Below the pieces are notes generated by a model. That model had not been told where the DNA came from. It was given only the letters and a program-made list of their open reading frames with translations, and did no database searches. From Solirubrobacterales bacterium (GTDB lineage Bacteria; Actinomycetota; Thermoleophilia; Solirubrobacterales; 70-9): a stretch of 53,918 nucleotides of DNA. Below, piece after piece: positions 24,971-33,288 of the stretch. Every line of letters starts with the position of its first letter. Position 1 is the stretch's first letter. The translations under genes were made by a program, and so were the position numbers. The stretch is taken from contig JBBDTK010000018.1 in the NCBI GenBank assembly GCA_040904405.1, positions 2,090-56,007 of the forward strand, in the 5' to 3' direction.

Positions 24971-26943
24971 CGGCGCGCCCGCGCAACCCGCTGCCGGGGC
25001 AGCATGAAATCGAAGTTGGCCACCTGGTCTACGGAGACGAAATCGTCAAAGATGTAGCGAACCAACGGCGTGTCAGGGGGCGGCTCGCCATGCAGCCATA
25101 GCTCAGCCCGTTCATCGCTGCGAATCACGCAAGGCCGGGGCGAAGCGCGCATCGCGTCCACCGTGCGTTGCTGCTGCTCGGGACCGACAGCGTTCAACCA
25201 GCCACCGGGCGACGACGGCGGCGGCGGGTCTATGCCCGACCAGATGTAGAGGCTGTTTATGTTCGGATAGCCGATGAAGGTGGTGCAGCCGTAGCGTTGG
25301 AGCAGATCGACGAGCGAAACATAGGTTTCGACTTCGCCTTCGGACAGGCGCACGAGCGTGGCCCCCTTGAATGGCAGCGGTGTCAGCTCACGGTAGGCGG
25401 CAGCGGCGGTGATTCCGGGACGCACGATCTTGTCCAGCCCGAGTTGGGCGAAAAGCGCGAGAGTGAGAATGGTCGCCACAGTGCCGAAGCGGCGCAGCGC
25501 TTCCGGGCCGCGCGAGGCGGCCCAGGTGCGCAGCGAGGTGAGGGCGTCGCCGAGGCAGAGCGCACCGACGGCTATGTAGGTGACAGCCGCGAGGCCAGTC
25601 TGGCTGCCCGCCACCGGATAGACCTGCAGCGTCTGCGCCACCGCAATTAGCGGCAAGAGGACACGCAGAAATCGCTTGTAGGAAGTCTCGTCGGCGCCGG
25701 CCGGAGGGATCGTGGCGACCCACGCCAGCATGAGCGGAACTACGTCGGGGTTTTCGGCCGAAGGCCCGAGAACTACCGGAGCGGCCCTTGCCGCCGAGTA
25801 CCAGATCGCCAAGCCGGCTGCTGCGCGCAACAGCCCGGGCCATGGCGAGGGCGCTCCCACGCTCGCCGCCGAGCGCAGCGGGATCGAGAGTGCCGCGGCG
25901 GCCACTGCGGCGATCCCCCAGTCCACCGCGGACCTGGGGAACGGCAAGCGGAGCAAGAGCACGTCGCGGATGCCAATTGCCTGCTGGACGACGCCGTTGT
26001 ACACGTCGGCTGGCGTAGGCCCGGTGAGAAGCACCGCCGCGAGGATTGCAAGGGCAGCAAGGACGAAGCCACCGGCCGCCCCGAGCAGCCACCGCACCAG
26101 CTCACTGTGATCCTCTCCGCCGCGCGGACGGAGGGGCCAAGCGGCGACGATTACCGCCGTGGCTCCGAGCGCCTCCAACAGCACCAGATCACGCACCCAG
26201 TCCTCTCCTAGGTCGCGAGCCATTATGTAGACCGGCATGAACAGGAAGGCAGCGATCGTCGGCCAGCGCACCCAGCGCCGCCGCTGCAGGGGCTCAACTG
26301 TGAGCACCGCGGCAAGGGCGACTGCGGCAACCGCCAAGCAGCCGAGGTTGACCTTGGTCAGAGTGAGTGCGGCGAGAGTGGCGCCGCAAGCGATAGCCAC
26401 CCAGACCCCCCGGCCGCCTAGGCCCGTAACGGCAAGCAGCGTAAAGAGCGAGAGCAGCAGCGCCGACAGTCCCAGCGGGTGCATCGGCTCGTTGACGAGA
26501 ACCTGGAGGATCCCGAAGGAGGCGATCATTGCAGTCGCACCGAGCAGCAGGTTGCCGGTCAGGCGCTGGCAGGAGAGGCCAAGCAGGAAGCTGCTGAGCA
26601 CCCAAACCACGATCACCACGGTCCGCCCGTTGTTGGTGTCGACGCTCAACCCAAAGACCTCGAAAATCCCGCCGAACAGCTCGAAGTAGAAGGGTCCATA
26701 CGCCGACCAGATGTCGCGATACAGGGCGTCGCCTTCGACGAAACTGAGCAGCCGGACCAGGCTGGTGCCCTCGTCGTCGTAGGGGGCAAAGTAGGCGAAG
26801 ATCGCGAAGTAGGCGGCGAGCACGGCGCCGACCGCGACCAGCGCGTAGAGGCCCGGGGCGGCGAGCGCGGGATCGGCGAGCGCGGCGCGCCATCCGTGCT
26901 GTCCCCCCCGATCGGCACGGGTTGCGGTGCTGTCAGCCCTCAC
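24967..26943 (-). CDS. Uncharacterised polytopic membrane protein with C-terminal soluble domain (candidate GT-C-type glycosyltransferase)
   Basis: The stop overlaps the SDR start (ATGA-type overlap at 24967-24970). More than 12 hydrophobic helices are followed by a ~150-aa tail. The start is set at GTG 26943. GTG 26961 is also possible. The ORF to 27117 would overlap the divergent gene start. Confidence 0.7.
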   Translation of the reverse strand: MRADSTATRADRGGQHGWRAALADPALAAPGLYALVAVGAVLAAYFAIFAYFAPYDDEGTSLVRLLSFVEGDALYRDIWSAYGPFYFELFGGIFEVFGLSVDTNNGRTVVIVVWVLSSFLLGLSCQRLTGNLLLGATAMIASFGILQVLVNEPMHPLGLSALLLSLFTLLAVTGLGGRGVWVAIACGATLAALTLTKVNLGCLAVAAVALAAVLTVEPLQRRRWVRWPTIAAFLFMPVYIMARDLGEDWVRDLVLLEALGATAVIVAAWPLRPRGGEDHSELVRWLLGAAGGFVLAALAILAAVLLTGPTPADVYNGVVQQAIGIRDVLLLRLPFPRSAVDWGIAAVAAAALSIPLRSAASVGAPSPWPGLLRAAAGLAIWYSAARAAPVVLGPSAENPDVVPLMLAWVATIPPAGADETSYKRFLRVLLPLIAVAQTLQVYPVAGSQTGLAAVTYIAVGALCLGDALTSLRTWAASRGPEALRRFGTVATILTLALFAQLGLDKIVRPGITAAAAYRELTPLPFKGATLVRLSEGEVETYVSLVDLLQRYGCTTFIGYPNINSLYIWSGIDPPPPSSPGGWLNAVGPEQQQRTVDAMRASPRPCVIRSDERAELWLHGEPPPDTPLVRYIFDDFVSVDQVANFDFMLPRQRVARARR

Positions 26944-27108
26944 GGCCGGCTGACGATACACAGCGGAGCGGTCCGGACCGAGGCCTCCCGGTCCGCAGCT
27001 ACCGCGTGGGGTCACCCCGACCTTCGCCTCGGGACGACGAGGACACAGGGCACCCCGCCGGCCGGGGTCGCGCCGCCACCTGGTGGCGATACTCTCTCCG
27101 CCCGCCCC

Positions 27109-28140
27109 ATGGCGCACCCCAGAATGCAGGCCATCAAGCTATCGATCGTCGTCCCAGCCCTCAACGAGAGCGAGGCTCTGCCCGGGCTATTGGGGGAAAT
27201 CGCGCAGGCCTGCGAGTCGCTTGGCCTCGGCTGGGAGGCGATCGTCGTCGACGACGGCTCGACCGACGGCTCGATGGAGCTGGTAGAACGGTTGGGGGCG
27301 CAGCGCCCCGAGGTCCGCGGCATCCGACTGCGGCGCAACTTTGGCAAGTCCGCTGCATTGGCCGCCGGCTTCAACTACAGCGCCGGCGAGACGATCGTCA
27401 CGATCGACGGCGATGGCCAGGACGACCCGGCCGACATCCCGGCGTTGCTCGACGAGCTGAGCCGGGGAGCCGATCTGGTCAGCGGCTGGAAGCGCCAGCG
27501 CCGCGACCCTCTGAGCCGGCGCCTCGCCTCGCGAGTCTTCAACCGTGTTACGAAGTGGCTTACCGGCGTCTCGATGCACGACATGAACTGTGGCCTAAAG
27601 GCCTACCGGGGAGATTGCGCCCGCTCGCTCAACATCTATGGGGAGCTGCACCGCTACGTGCCCGTCCTCGCCGTCCAGCAGGGCTGGAGGGTCGCTGAGC
27701 TGCCCATCAATCACCGCTCCAGGCGTCATGGGCGCTCGCGCTTCGGGGTGGAGCGCTACCTCCGCGGCGCCCTCGATCTCCTCACGGTCATCTTCATCGG
27801 CCGCTACCAGTACCGGCCGCTCCACCTCTTCGGGGGGCTAGGCATCGGGGCCACGGCGCTGGGCGCGGCGATCAGCCTCTACCTCACGGCCCTCAAGATC
27901 GGCGGCGAGGCGATCGGCGATCGCCCGCTGCTATTCCTCAGCGTGCTCCTGATCGTCGTCGGCATCCAACTTCTCACCTTCGGCCTGCTCGCCCAGATGG
28001 TGGTCCTGGCCCGACAGGACCGTGGCGCTGCGGCACTCAGCGCCGCTCAGGTCGAGAGACTGGTCGGCTTCAGCAAAGCCGATGACAACCTCAGCGGCGA
28101 CAGTGCGCGATCAGCCACGGCATCGACCGCACCAGGCTGA
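27109..28140 (+). CDS. Family 2 glycosyltransferase, polyprenyl-phosphate sugar synthase type with two C-terminal TM helices (ArnC/GtrB-like)
   Basis: Sequence is MAHPRMQAIKLSIVVPALNE…VVDDGSTDGS…NFGKSAALAAG…TIDGDGQDDP…RRHGRSRFG. The TM helices are LFGGLGIGATALGAAISLYL and LLFLSVLLIVVGIQLLTFGLL. Confidence 0.88.
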   Translation: MAHPRMQAIKLSIVVPALNESEALPGLLGEIAQACESLGLGWEAIVVDDGSTDGSMELVERLGAQRPEVRGIRLRRNFGKSAALAAGFNYSAGETIVTIDGDGQDDPADIPALLDELSRGADLVSGWKRQRRDPLSRRLASRVFNRVTKWLTGVSMHDMNCGLKAYRGDCARSLNIYGELHRYVPVLAVQQGWRVAELPINHRSRRHGRSRFGVERYLRGALDLLTVIFIGRYQYRPLHLFGGLGIGATALGAAISLYLTALKIGGEAIGDRPLLFLSVLLIVVGIQLLTFGLLAQMVVLARQDRGAAALSAAQVERLVGFSKADDNLSGDSARSATASTAPG

Positions 28141-28672
28141 CCACCTCAAGCCGAGTCTCAAGGAAGGCCCTCAACGTGGTCGGGGTCCAATGGTTGAGAT
28201 GCTCGGGATGGTTGCCGAATCCCCTCAGGTACTTGCCACGCAACAGGCTCCCCGCCCTGAACCACGGTTCATGCGGGACAGAGACCACGATGTCTTTGCT
28301 CGCCACCCGGCCAAGCTCCGCGAGCGCTGCCCGGGGGTCGGTCAGGTGCTCCAAGACCTCCAAGCAGACGACAAGATCGAAACTTTCGTCGCCAAAGGAC
28401 AGGTCGAGGATGCTTTGGCGCGTAACTTCGACCTGCGAGAACCGCTTCGCCGTGAAGGCGACGGCCTCTGCGTTGAGGTCGACCGCGGCTGTTCGCGGCG
28501 GCAACGGCGCGGCGATCCGGGCGAGGGTCTCGCCCTCACCGCATCCCGCGTCCAGCAGCGAGGCGGCGCCCAGTGAATCCACGACCTCGGAGAGGCGCCC
28601 GTAGAAACGGTCGATCAGCCGGCGCACAACCGGGTTCCCCGTCTGGAACTTCCTGTAGTTGGTGCTCTCCAC
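28091..28672 (-). CDS. Class I SAM-dependent methyltransferase
   Basis: Motifs are LLDAGCGEGE, FDLVVCLEVLEHL and IVVSVP. It overlaps the convergent GT2 gene by 50 nt. Confidence 0.85.
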   Translation of the reverse strand: MESTNYRKFQTGNPVVRRLIDRFYGRLSEVVDSLGAASLLDAGCGEGETLARIAAPLPPRTAAVDLNAEAVAFTAKRFSQVEVTRQSILDLSFGDESFDLVVCLEVLEHLTDPRAALAELGRVASKDIVVSVPHEPWFRAGSLLRGKYLRGFGNHPEHLNHWTPTTLRAFLETRLEVVSLVRSMPWLIAHCRR

Positions 28673-28688
28673 CTCGATGGGCGCCAGT

Positions 28689-29894
28689 CTACGAGTCGCG
28701 GCGCCGCGCGAACCGCTTGCGCAGTCGGGCGAGCGCCCGCACCGGCCGGGTCAGGCGCCAGCTCGCGCTGGACTCGAAGCTCTGCCGCAGATCCTCGACC
28801 CGCTCCTCCTGGTGGGCCGCCTGCTCGCGAGCGGCGGCGGCCTGCGCCTCGCTCTCGCGCAGCCGCTGGCGCAGCTGCGCGTTTTCGTGCGCCAGCCCGA
28901 AGTTCTCCAGCCGCGACCGCCACTCGAGCCGGACCAGCCGCGCCATCTCCTGCAGCGGCCCTCGGGGGTGTGGGGACGGCTGCGCAAGGACGTCGAAGAG
29001 CGCGACCAGCTCCTGAGCGTGAACATTTGCCCTGTGATGCATCGCCACCAAATCGTGGTTGATCGGCCCCATCGACGGGACGTAGCGCCGCAGCTGCTCT
29101 CCCAGCCGGTCGATGCCGATCGCGTCGACAGCGGCCCCGCCGGCGATGCCGTCCGCCTCGATCGCTTCGTAGGTCTCCGCGGTGACCCACCCGTTGCCGC
29201 CTTTCCAGTCGTAGACGAAGGCTGCGCGGCCCATCGCCATCCCCTCTAGGATCGACCGGCCGTAGCCGATCACCACGTCTGCGGCGGCGATAGCCGGCCT
29301 GACGTCGGTTGCGTGCCCGGACGGACCGCCGAGCCTCGCAAGCTCCAGGCCAACAGTGACACAAGCCCTCCGAAGCATCTCGAGCCGATCCTCGCTTGGG
29401 GTGTTGCTGAGCAGGAGCGCCGTTCGCGGCCTCTCCGGAAGTTCGCCCCGGGGAGCAAAGCGCTCGATATCGATCGGCTGCCGCAGGCGCACCACATCGA
29501 CCTTGCTTGAGTAACTCCTCATCCTCTGCGCAACCCGGTCATTCAGCGCGACGATCTTGCTGACCACCCCATCGAGCTGCGGCGGCGCCTGCAGGTCGAA
29601 CTTGGCACTGTGCGCGACGAACAGCTGCGGCAGACCCGGACAGCGATCGGCGATCTGGAGCGAGACCCCGGCGTCCTGGACCAGCGAAGCGTCGTAGTCG
29701 CCGTCGAGGCCGCCGAGGCCGCCCTCGTCGAGGACCGGGATGCCCATCTCGCGCGCGATCCCGGCCCCCTCCCCCGGTTCGGGCGCGTAGATGGCGACCT
29801 CGTGCCCGAGCCGGTCGAGCTGCTCGGCGACGGTGAGCAAGTAGGACTCGCTGCCGCCCAGACCGAGGTGATTCGTGGCGAGCAGGAGCTTCAT
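28689..29894 (-). CDS. GT-B fold (GT4-like) glycosyltransferase with C-terminal coiled-coil extension
   Basis: Sequence is MKLLLATNHLGLGGSESYLL…GHEVAIYAP with ILEGMAMGRAAFV. The last ~70 aa (LENFGLAHENAQLRQRLRESEAQAAAAREQAAHQEERVEDLRQSFE…) are heptad-like. Confidence 0.8.
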   Translation of the reverse strand: MKLLLATNHLGLGGSESYLLTVAEQLDRLGHEVAIYAPEPGEGAGIAREMGIPVLDEGGLGGLDGDYDASLVQDAGVSLQIADRCPGLPQLFVAHSAKFDLQAPPQLDGVVSKIVALNDRVAQRMRSYSSKVDVVRLRQPIDIERFAPRGELPERPRTALLLSNTPSEDRLEMLRRACVTVGLELARLGGPSGHATDVRPAIAAADVVIGYGRSILEGMAMGRAAFVYDWKGGNGWVTAETYEAIEADGIAGGAAVDAIGIDRLGEQLRRYVPSMGPINHDLVAMHHRANVHAQELVALFDVLAQPSPHPRGPLQEMARLVRLEWRSRLENFGLAHENAQLRQRLRESEAQAAAAREQAAHQEERVEDLRQSFESSASWRLTRPVRALARLRKRFARRRDS

Positions 29895-29946
29895 CGCGTC
29901 CTAGCCTAGGCGAGCGAGGACGCCCTGCGTCGAGCAACCTTTCATT

Positions 29947-29962
29947 AGTTAGTCTGCTAACT
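29947..29962. promoter_or_regulatory. Inverted repeat AGTTAG-tctg-CTAACT in the AT-rich leader of the ATPase gene
   Basis: It lies in the 108-bp AT-rich spacer 29895-30002. That spacer also contains TTAATTAA and an AGGAGG 10 nt before GTG 30003. Confidence 0.3.
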
Positions 29963-30002
29963 TTAGGTTCTTGCCTTAATTAAGCCAGGAGGCTAAGCAA
30001 CT

Positions 30003-31220
30003 GTGAGCCGGCCCGAATTCAAGAACCCGTACCGCCCCGGAGCGGGTCATATGCCGCCCCACCTTGCCGGTCGTGAGCGCGAGTACGCCGAGTTCGACCG
30101 GCTGCTGGATCAGGACGAGATTCTCGAGAACCTCGTCCTGACCGGTCTGCGCGGGGTCGGCAAGACGGTGCTTCTGGAGACTTTCAAGCCTCGTGCTACC
30201 CAGCGTGGCTGGCTCTGGGCGACCGCCGACCTCTCCGAGTCGGCGAGCATCAGCGAGGCCACGCTGGCCGAACGCCTGCTGGCGGATCTCGCGCTGATCA
30301 CGTCCTCGACGACGGTCGCGGCGCCGGACAATCCGGTCGGCTTCGGAGCGGCTGACGAGCCGCGGCAGGTGCCGCTGAGCCACGAGGTTCTGGCGGCGGT
30401 CTACGCGCGAACGCCGGGACTCACCTCCGACAAGATCAAGGGGATCCTCGAGTTTGCCTGGGAGCACCTGCGCCGGCAGGGCCAGCACAAGGTGATCTTC
30501 GCCTACGACGAGGCCCAGAACCTCTCCGACCACGCGAGCAAGGACCAGTTCCCGCTTTCGGTGCTCCTGGACGTATTCCAGTCGATCCAGCGAAAGGGAA
30601 TCCCGTTCATGCTGGTGCTCGCCGGCCTGCCGACGCTGTTCCCAAAGCTGGTCGACGCGCGGACCTACGCGGAGCGGATGTTCCGGGTGATGACTCTGAC
30701 GAAGCTGTCCGAGGAGGAGAGCCGCGAGGCGATCCTCAAGCCGATCGAGGTCGCGGGATGCCCGCTGAGCCTCACGCCCGACTCGGTCGAGACGATCGTC
30801 CACGAGTCGGCGGGCTACCCGTACTTCATCCAGTTCATCTGTCGAGAGGTCTACGACGTCTTCATCCGCCAGCACGCCGACGAGGAGTCGAAGGTTGTCC
30901 CGATCGAGGCGATCCAGCACAAGCTGGATGCCGACTTCTTTGCGGGACGCTGGGCAAGGATCACCGACCGGCAGCGAGAGCTGCTCTGGGTGGTTGCCCA
31001 GCTGGCGACCCCCGGCGACGAATTCACGATTCGCGAACTCACCGAGAAGGCAAGGTCCCTTCTGCCCAAGGCCTTCTCCCCCAGCCACGCAAACCAGATG
31101 CTCGCCAGCCTCGCCGAGCGAGGGATGATCTACAAGAACCGGCAGGGGAGGTACTCGTTCGCGGTGCCGCTGCTGGGGCGATTCATCCGCCGGGCTTACG
31201 AGCCCGAGGGTCCTCGATAG
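30003..31220 (+). CDS. Stand-alone AAA/STAND-type ATPase (Arch_ATPase/ORC-like) with C-terminal winged helix
   Basis: The N-terminus is NPYRPGAGHMPPHLAGREREYAEF. Walker A is GLRGVGKT and Walker B is VIFAYDEAQNL. The C-terminus is ELLWVVAQL…FTIRELTEKA…LASLAERGMIYKNRQGRYSF. Confidence 0.8.
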   Translation: MSRPEFKNPYRPGAGHMPPHLAGREREYAEFDRLLDQDEILENLVLTGLRGVGKTVLLETFKPRATQRGWLWATADLSESASISEATLAERLLADLALITSSTTVAAPDNPVGFGAADEPRQVPLSHEVLAAVYARTPGLTSDKIKGILEFAWEHLRRQGQHKVIFAYDEAQNLSDHASKDQFPLSVLLDVFQSIQRKGIPFMLVLAGLPTLFPKLVDARTYAERMFRVMTLTKLSEEESREAILKPIEVAGCPLSLTPDSVETIVHESAGYPYFIQFICREVYDVFIRQHADEESKVVPIEAIQHKLDADFFAGRWARITDRQRELLWVVAQLATPGDEFTIRELTEKARSLLPKAFSPSHANQMLASLAERGMIYKNRQGRYSFAVPLLGRFIRRAYEPEGPR

Positions 31221-31248
31221 ACCCAGGGCGCCGCGGCGCCGGCATCCG

Positions 31249-32358
31249 CTACGGCCGCACGCGGCCGCCGCTGATGCGGACGAAGGCGCGCCAGGCGGGC
31301 TTCGGCTTGAGCCGGTTGCCGCGGCGGAAGAAGCCGGTCGAGTCGCAGAAGTTGCAGGAGCCGGCCAGGTCTTTCCAGGTGAACCAGTAGGCGGACTTGA
31401 GGTTGAGCCGACCGCGGTTGCGGAGCATGTAGCGGTAGGCGAGGCGCATCTCCCGCAGCTGGAAGCGGACCCCCTGCTCGAAGCTGACCAGGTTGGGGTT
31501 GTTGTCTGACCCCCAGCCGATCTCGGTCATGTAGAGGCCGGCGCGAGGGTCGCGGTTGCGGATCATCACCCGCCGCATTTCCTCGCTCATCCGCGCCATG
31601 TCCGTGGCGCTTTCGGCGTAGGGGTGCAGGGCGACGCCGTCGAAACTGGCCTTGATCCCGCGGACGCGGTAGAGGCGGTCGAGGAAGGCGACGGCGTCCA
31701 TCGCGTTCGGCGGCTTCGCGTTGGGCTCGGCGAAGAGGCCGGTGAGGATCACCTTGGCGCGCGGATCGGCCCGCTTGATCGCGCGGTTGGAGATCTTCAG
31801 CAGGCGCGCGTAGCGGCCCGGCGAGGCCGGCTGGGCGAAGTAGAAGAAGTTGGCCTCGTTCCAGACCTGCCACTCCTTCACCGGCAGCTTCGGCACGAAG
31901 TCGCCCGAGGCGCGGTTGTGCTCGCGCCAGAACTCGCCGCGCGGGCCGTAGCGTTCGACCGCGGCCCCGACGAAGGCAGACCAGCCGCGCCGCTGGCGGG
32001 CGTTGTCGATCGGCAGCCGGGTGTACTTGCCGGCGATCCAGCCGGGGCTGCCGTAGAAGAAGGGGAGGACCCGCAGCCGCTGCCGCGCCGCGGTGGCGAC
32101 GACCTCGTCGTATCCGGACCAGTCGTAGCCGGAGGTGGGGCTCGGCTGCACGGCTTCCCAGCCGAGCGGCCAGCGCACGCTGCCGATCCGGCCGGCGCGC
32201 ATGTATTCGGCGTCGGTGTCGGTCAGCACGTGCTGGGGGGCGATGCCGAAGAAGCTGCGCGGGGCGGCCTGGGCGACGCCGGGGGCGGACAGCGCGGTGG
32301 CGCCGGTGAGGAGGGCGGCCGCGGCGGCGAAGGCAAGGGCGATCGTGGCGCTTCTCAT
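31249..32358 (-). CDS. Secreted clan GH-A glycoside hydrolase-like protein (paralog of 629-1780)
   Basis: It has a signal peptide. Motifs are WQVWNEANF, YMTEIGWGSD and a C-terminal GSCNFCDSTGFF…KPKPAWRAF. Confidence 0.8.
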   Translation of the reverse strand: MRSATIALAFAAAAALLTGATALSAPGVAQAAPRSFFGIAPQHVLTDTDAEYMRAGRIGSVRWPLGWEAVQPSPTSGYDWSGYDEVVATAARQRLRVLPFFYGSPGWIAGKYTRLPIDNARQRRGWSAFVGAAVERYGPRGEFWREHNRASGDFVPKLPVKEWQVWNEANFFYFAQPASPGRYARLLKISNRAIKRADPRAKVILTGLFAEPNAKPPNAMDAVAFLDRLYRVRGIKASFDGVALHPYAESATDMARMSEEMRRVMIRNRDPRAGLYMTEIGWGSDNNPNLVSFEQGVRFQLREMRLAYRYMLRNRGRLNLKSAYWFTWKDLAGSCNFCDSTGFFRRGNRLKPKPAWRAFVRISGGRVRP

Positions 32359-32379
32359 GCTCGTCTCCCTCTCCTTGTC

Positions 32380-32964
32380 TCAGTAGGCGCCGCCGAGCTT
32401 GCGGTGGTCCCAGCTTGCCACCCGCAGCGGCTTGAACTGGATCGCGACCCGTTTCGGCGCCTGGGCTTCGAGCGCCGCCTTGGCGTCGCCCTCGACCGAG
32501 GAGATCCCCTCCGCGTAGCGCACGGTCAGCTCCTCCGCAAACCCGATCACGGTCTCGAAGTCGCGGTGGATCTGCGCCTCGGCCTCGATCGCCGCTCCGC
32601 GCAGCTCGCCGTACTCGTGGCCGGCCTCGAACAGCACCGTCGCCCGCGGATCGCGTTCGAGGTTGCGGACCTTCTGCGACTTGGCGTAGGTCCAGATCCA
32701 GACCTCGCCGTCGCGGGGCACGAACCAGAGCGGCATCGAGTGCGGCCACCCGTTCGGGCCGTTGGAGGAGACGACCGCGATCCGCTCGCCCTCGAGCAGC
32801 TCCAGCAGCTCCACCTCGCTCAACCTGATCTGATCCCGCCGGCTCACCGGGGCGAAGATTGACTGATTCGCGCGCTTGCCGCCGGCAGATTGTTCCCCTG
32901 CGCGCACCACCCGTGCATCGGCGCCGGCTACGGTGGCCGAATGGAAGTCGTCAAGCATCGTCAT
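32380..32964 (-). CDS. Pyridoxamine 5'-phosphate oxidase (PPOX) family / F420-dependent-type split-barrel protein
   Basis: Sequence is …RRDQIRLSEVELLELLEGERIAVVSSNGPNGWPHSMPLWFVPRDGEVWIWTYAKSQKVRNLERDPRATV…. ATG 32964 follows AGGGGAGGG. A shorter form from GTG 32847 is also possible. Confidence 0.78.
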   Translation of the reverse strand: MTMLDDFHSATVAGADARVVRAGEQSAGGKRANQSIFAPVSRRDQIRLSEVELLELLEGERIAVVSSNGPNGWPHSMPLWFVPRDGEVWIWTYAKSQKVRNLERDPRATVLFEAGHEYGELRGAAIEAEAQIHRDFETVIGFAEELTVRYAEGISSVEGDAKAALEAQAPKRVAIQFKPLRVASWDHRKLGGAY

Positions 32965-32988
32965 GCCGCCCCATCGCCCTCCCCTGCT

Positions 32989-33025
32989 ATCGTACGTATT
33001 GGTAGTCACGACAACGTACGTACGC
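32989..33025. promoter_or_regulatory. Two copies of the palindromic motif CGTACGTA (32991-32998, 33015-33022) upstream of the phd/vapC module
   Basis: The second copy extends to the perfect 10-nt palindrome CGTACGTACG. Both copies lie 20-50 nt upstream of the antitoxin ATG, which is typical operator geometry for autoregulated type II TA loci. Confidence 0.35.
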
Positions 33026-33042
33026 TTCGACCGGGGACCGAC

Positions 33043-33288
33043 ATGGCGATCAGCGCATCGAAACTACGGGCCAACATCTACCGCCTTCTCGACGGGGTGC
33101 TCGAGACGGGTGAGCCGCTTGAGATCAAGCGAAAAGGCGAGACTCTTGTGATTTCCCCCAAAGAGCCTAGAAAGGACGACGCGTCCTTCTGGGAGCGGCT
33201 GCCGCGCCGGGAGGGCTTCATCGTCGGCGATCCCGACGAGCTGATCCACATGGATTGGTCCTCGGAGTGGAACCCTGATCCAAATTGA
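33043..33288 (+). CDS. Type II antitoxin, Phd/YefM family
   Basis: Sequence is MAISASKLRANIYRLLDGVLETGEPLEIKRKGETLVISPKE…. It is small and is immediately followed, with overlap, by a PIN gene. Confidence 0.85.
   Translation: MAISASKLRANIYRLLDGVLETGEPLEIKRKGETLVISPKEPRKDDASFWERLPRREGFIVGDPDELIHMDWSSEWNPDPN

Noticed and set aside
28091-28140. 50-nt convergent overlap between the GT2 and methyltransferase 3' ends (also 22071-22099), considered as a sign of mis-annotation or frameshift.
   Set aside because: Both ORFs retain intact family features to their ends. Short convergent overlaps are common in compact high-GC genomes.
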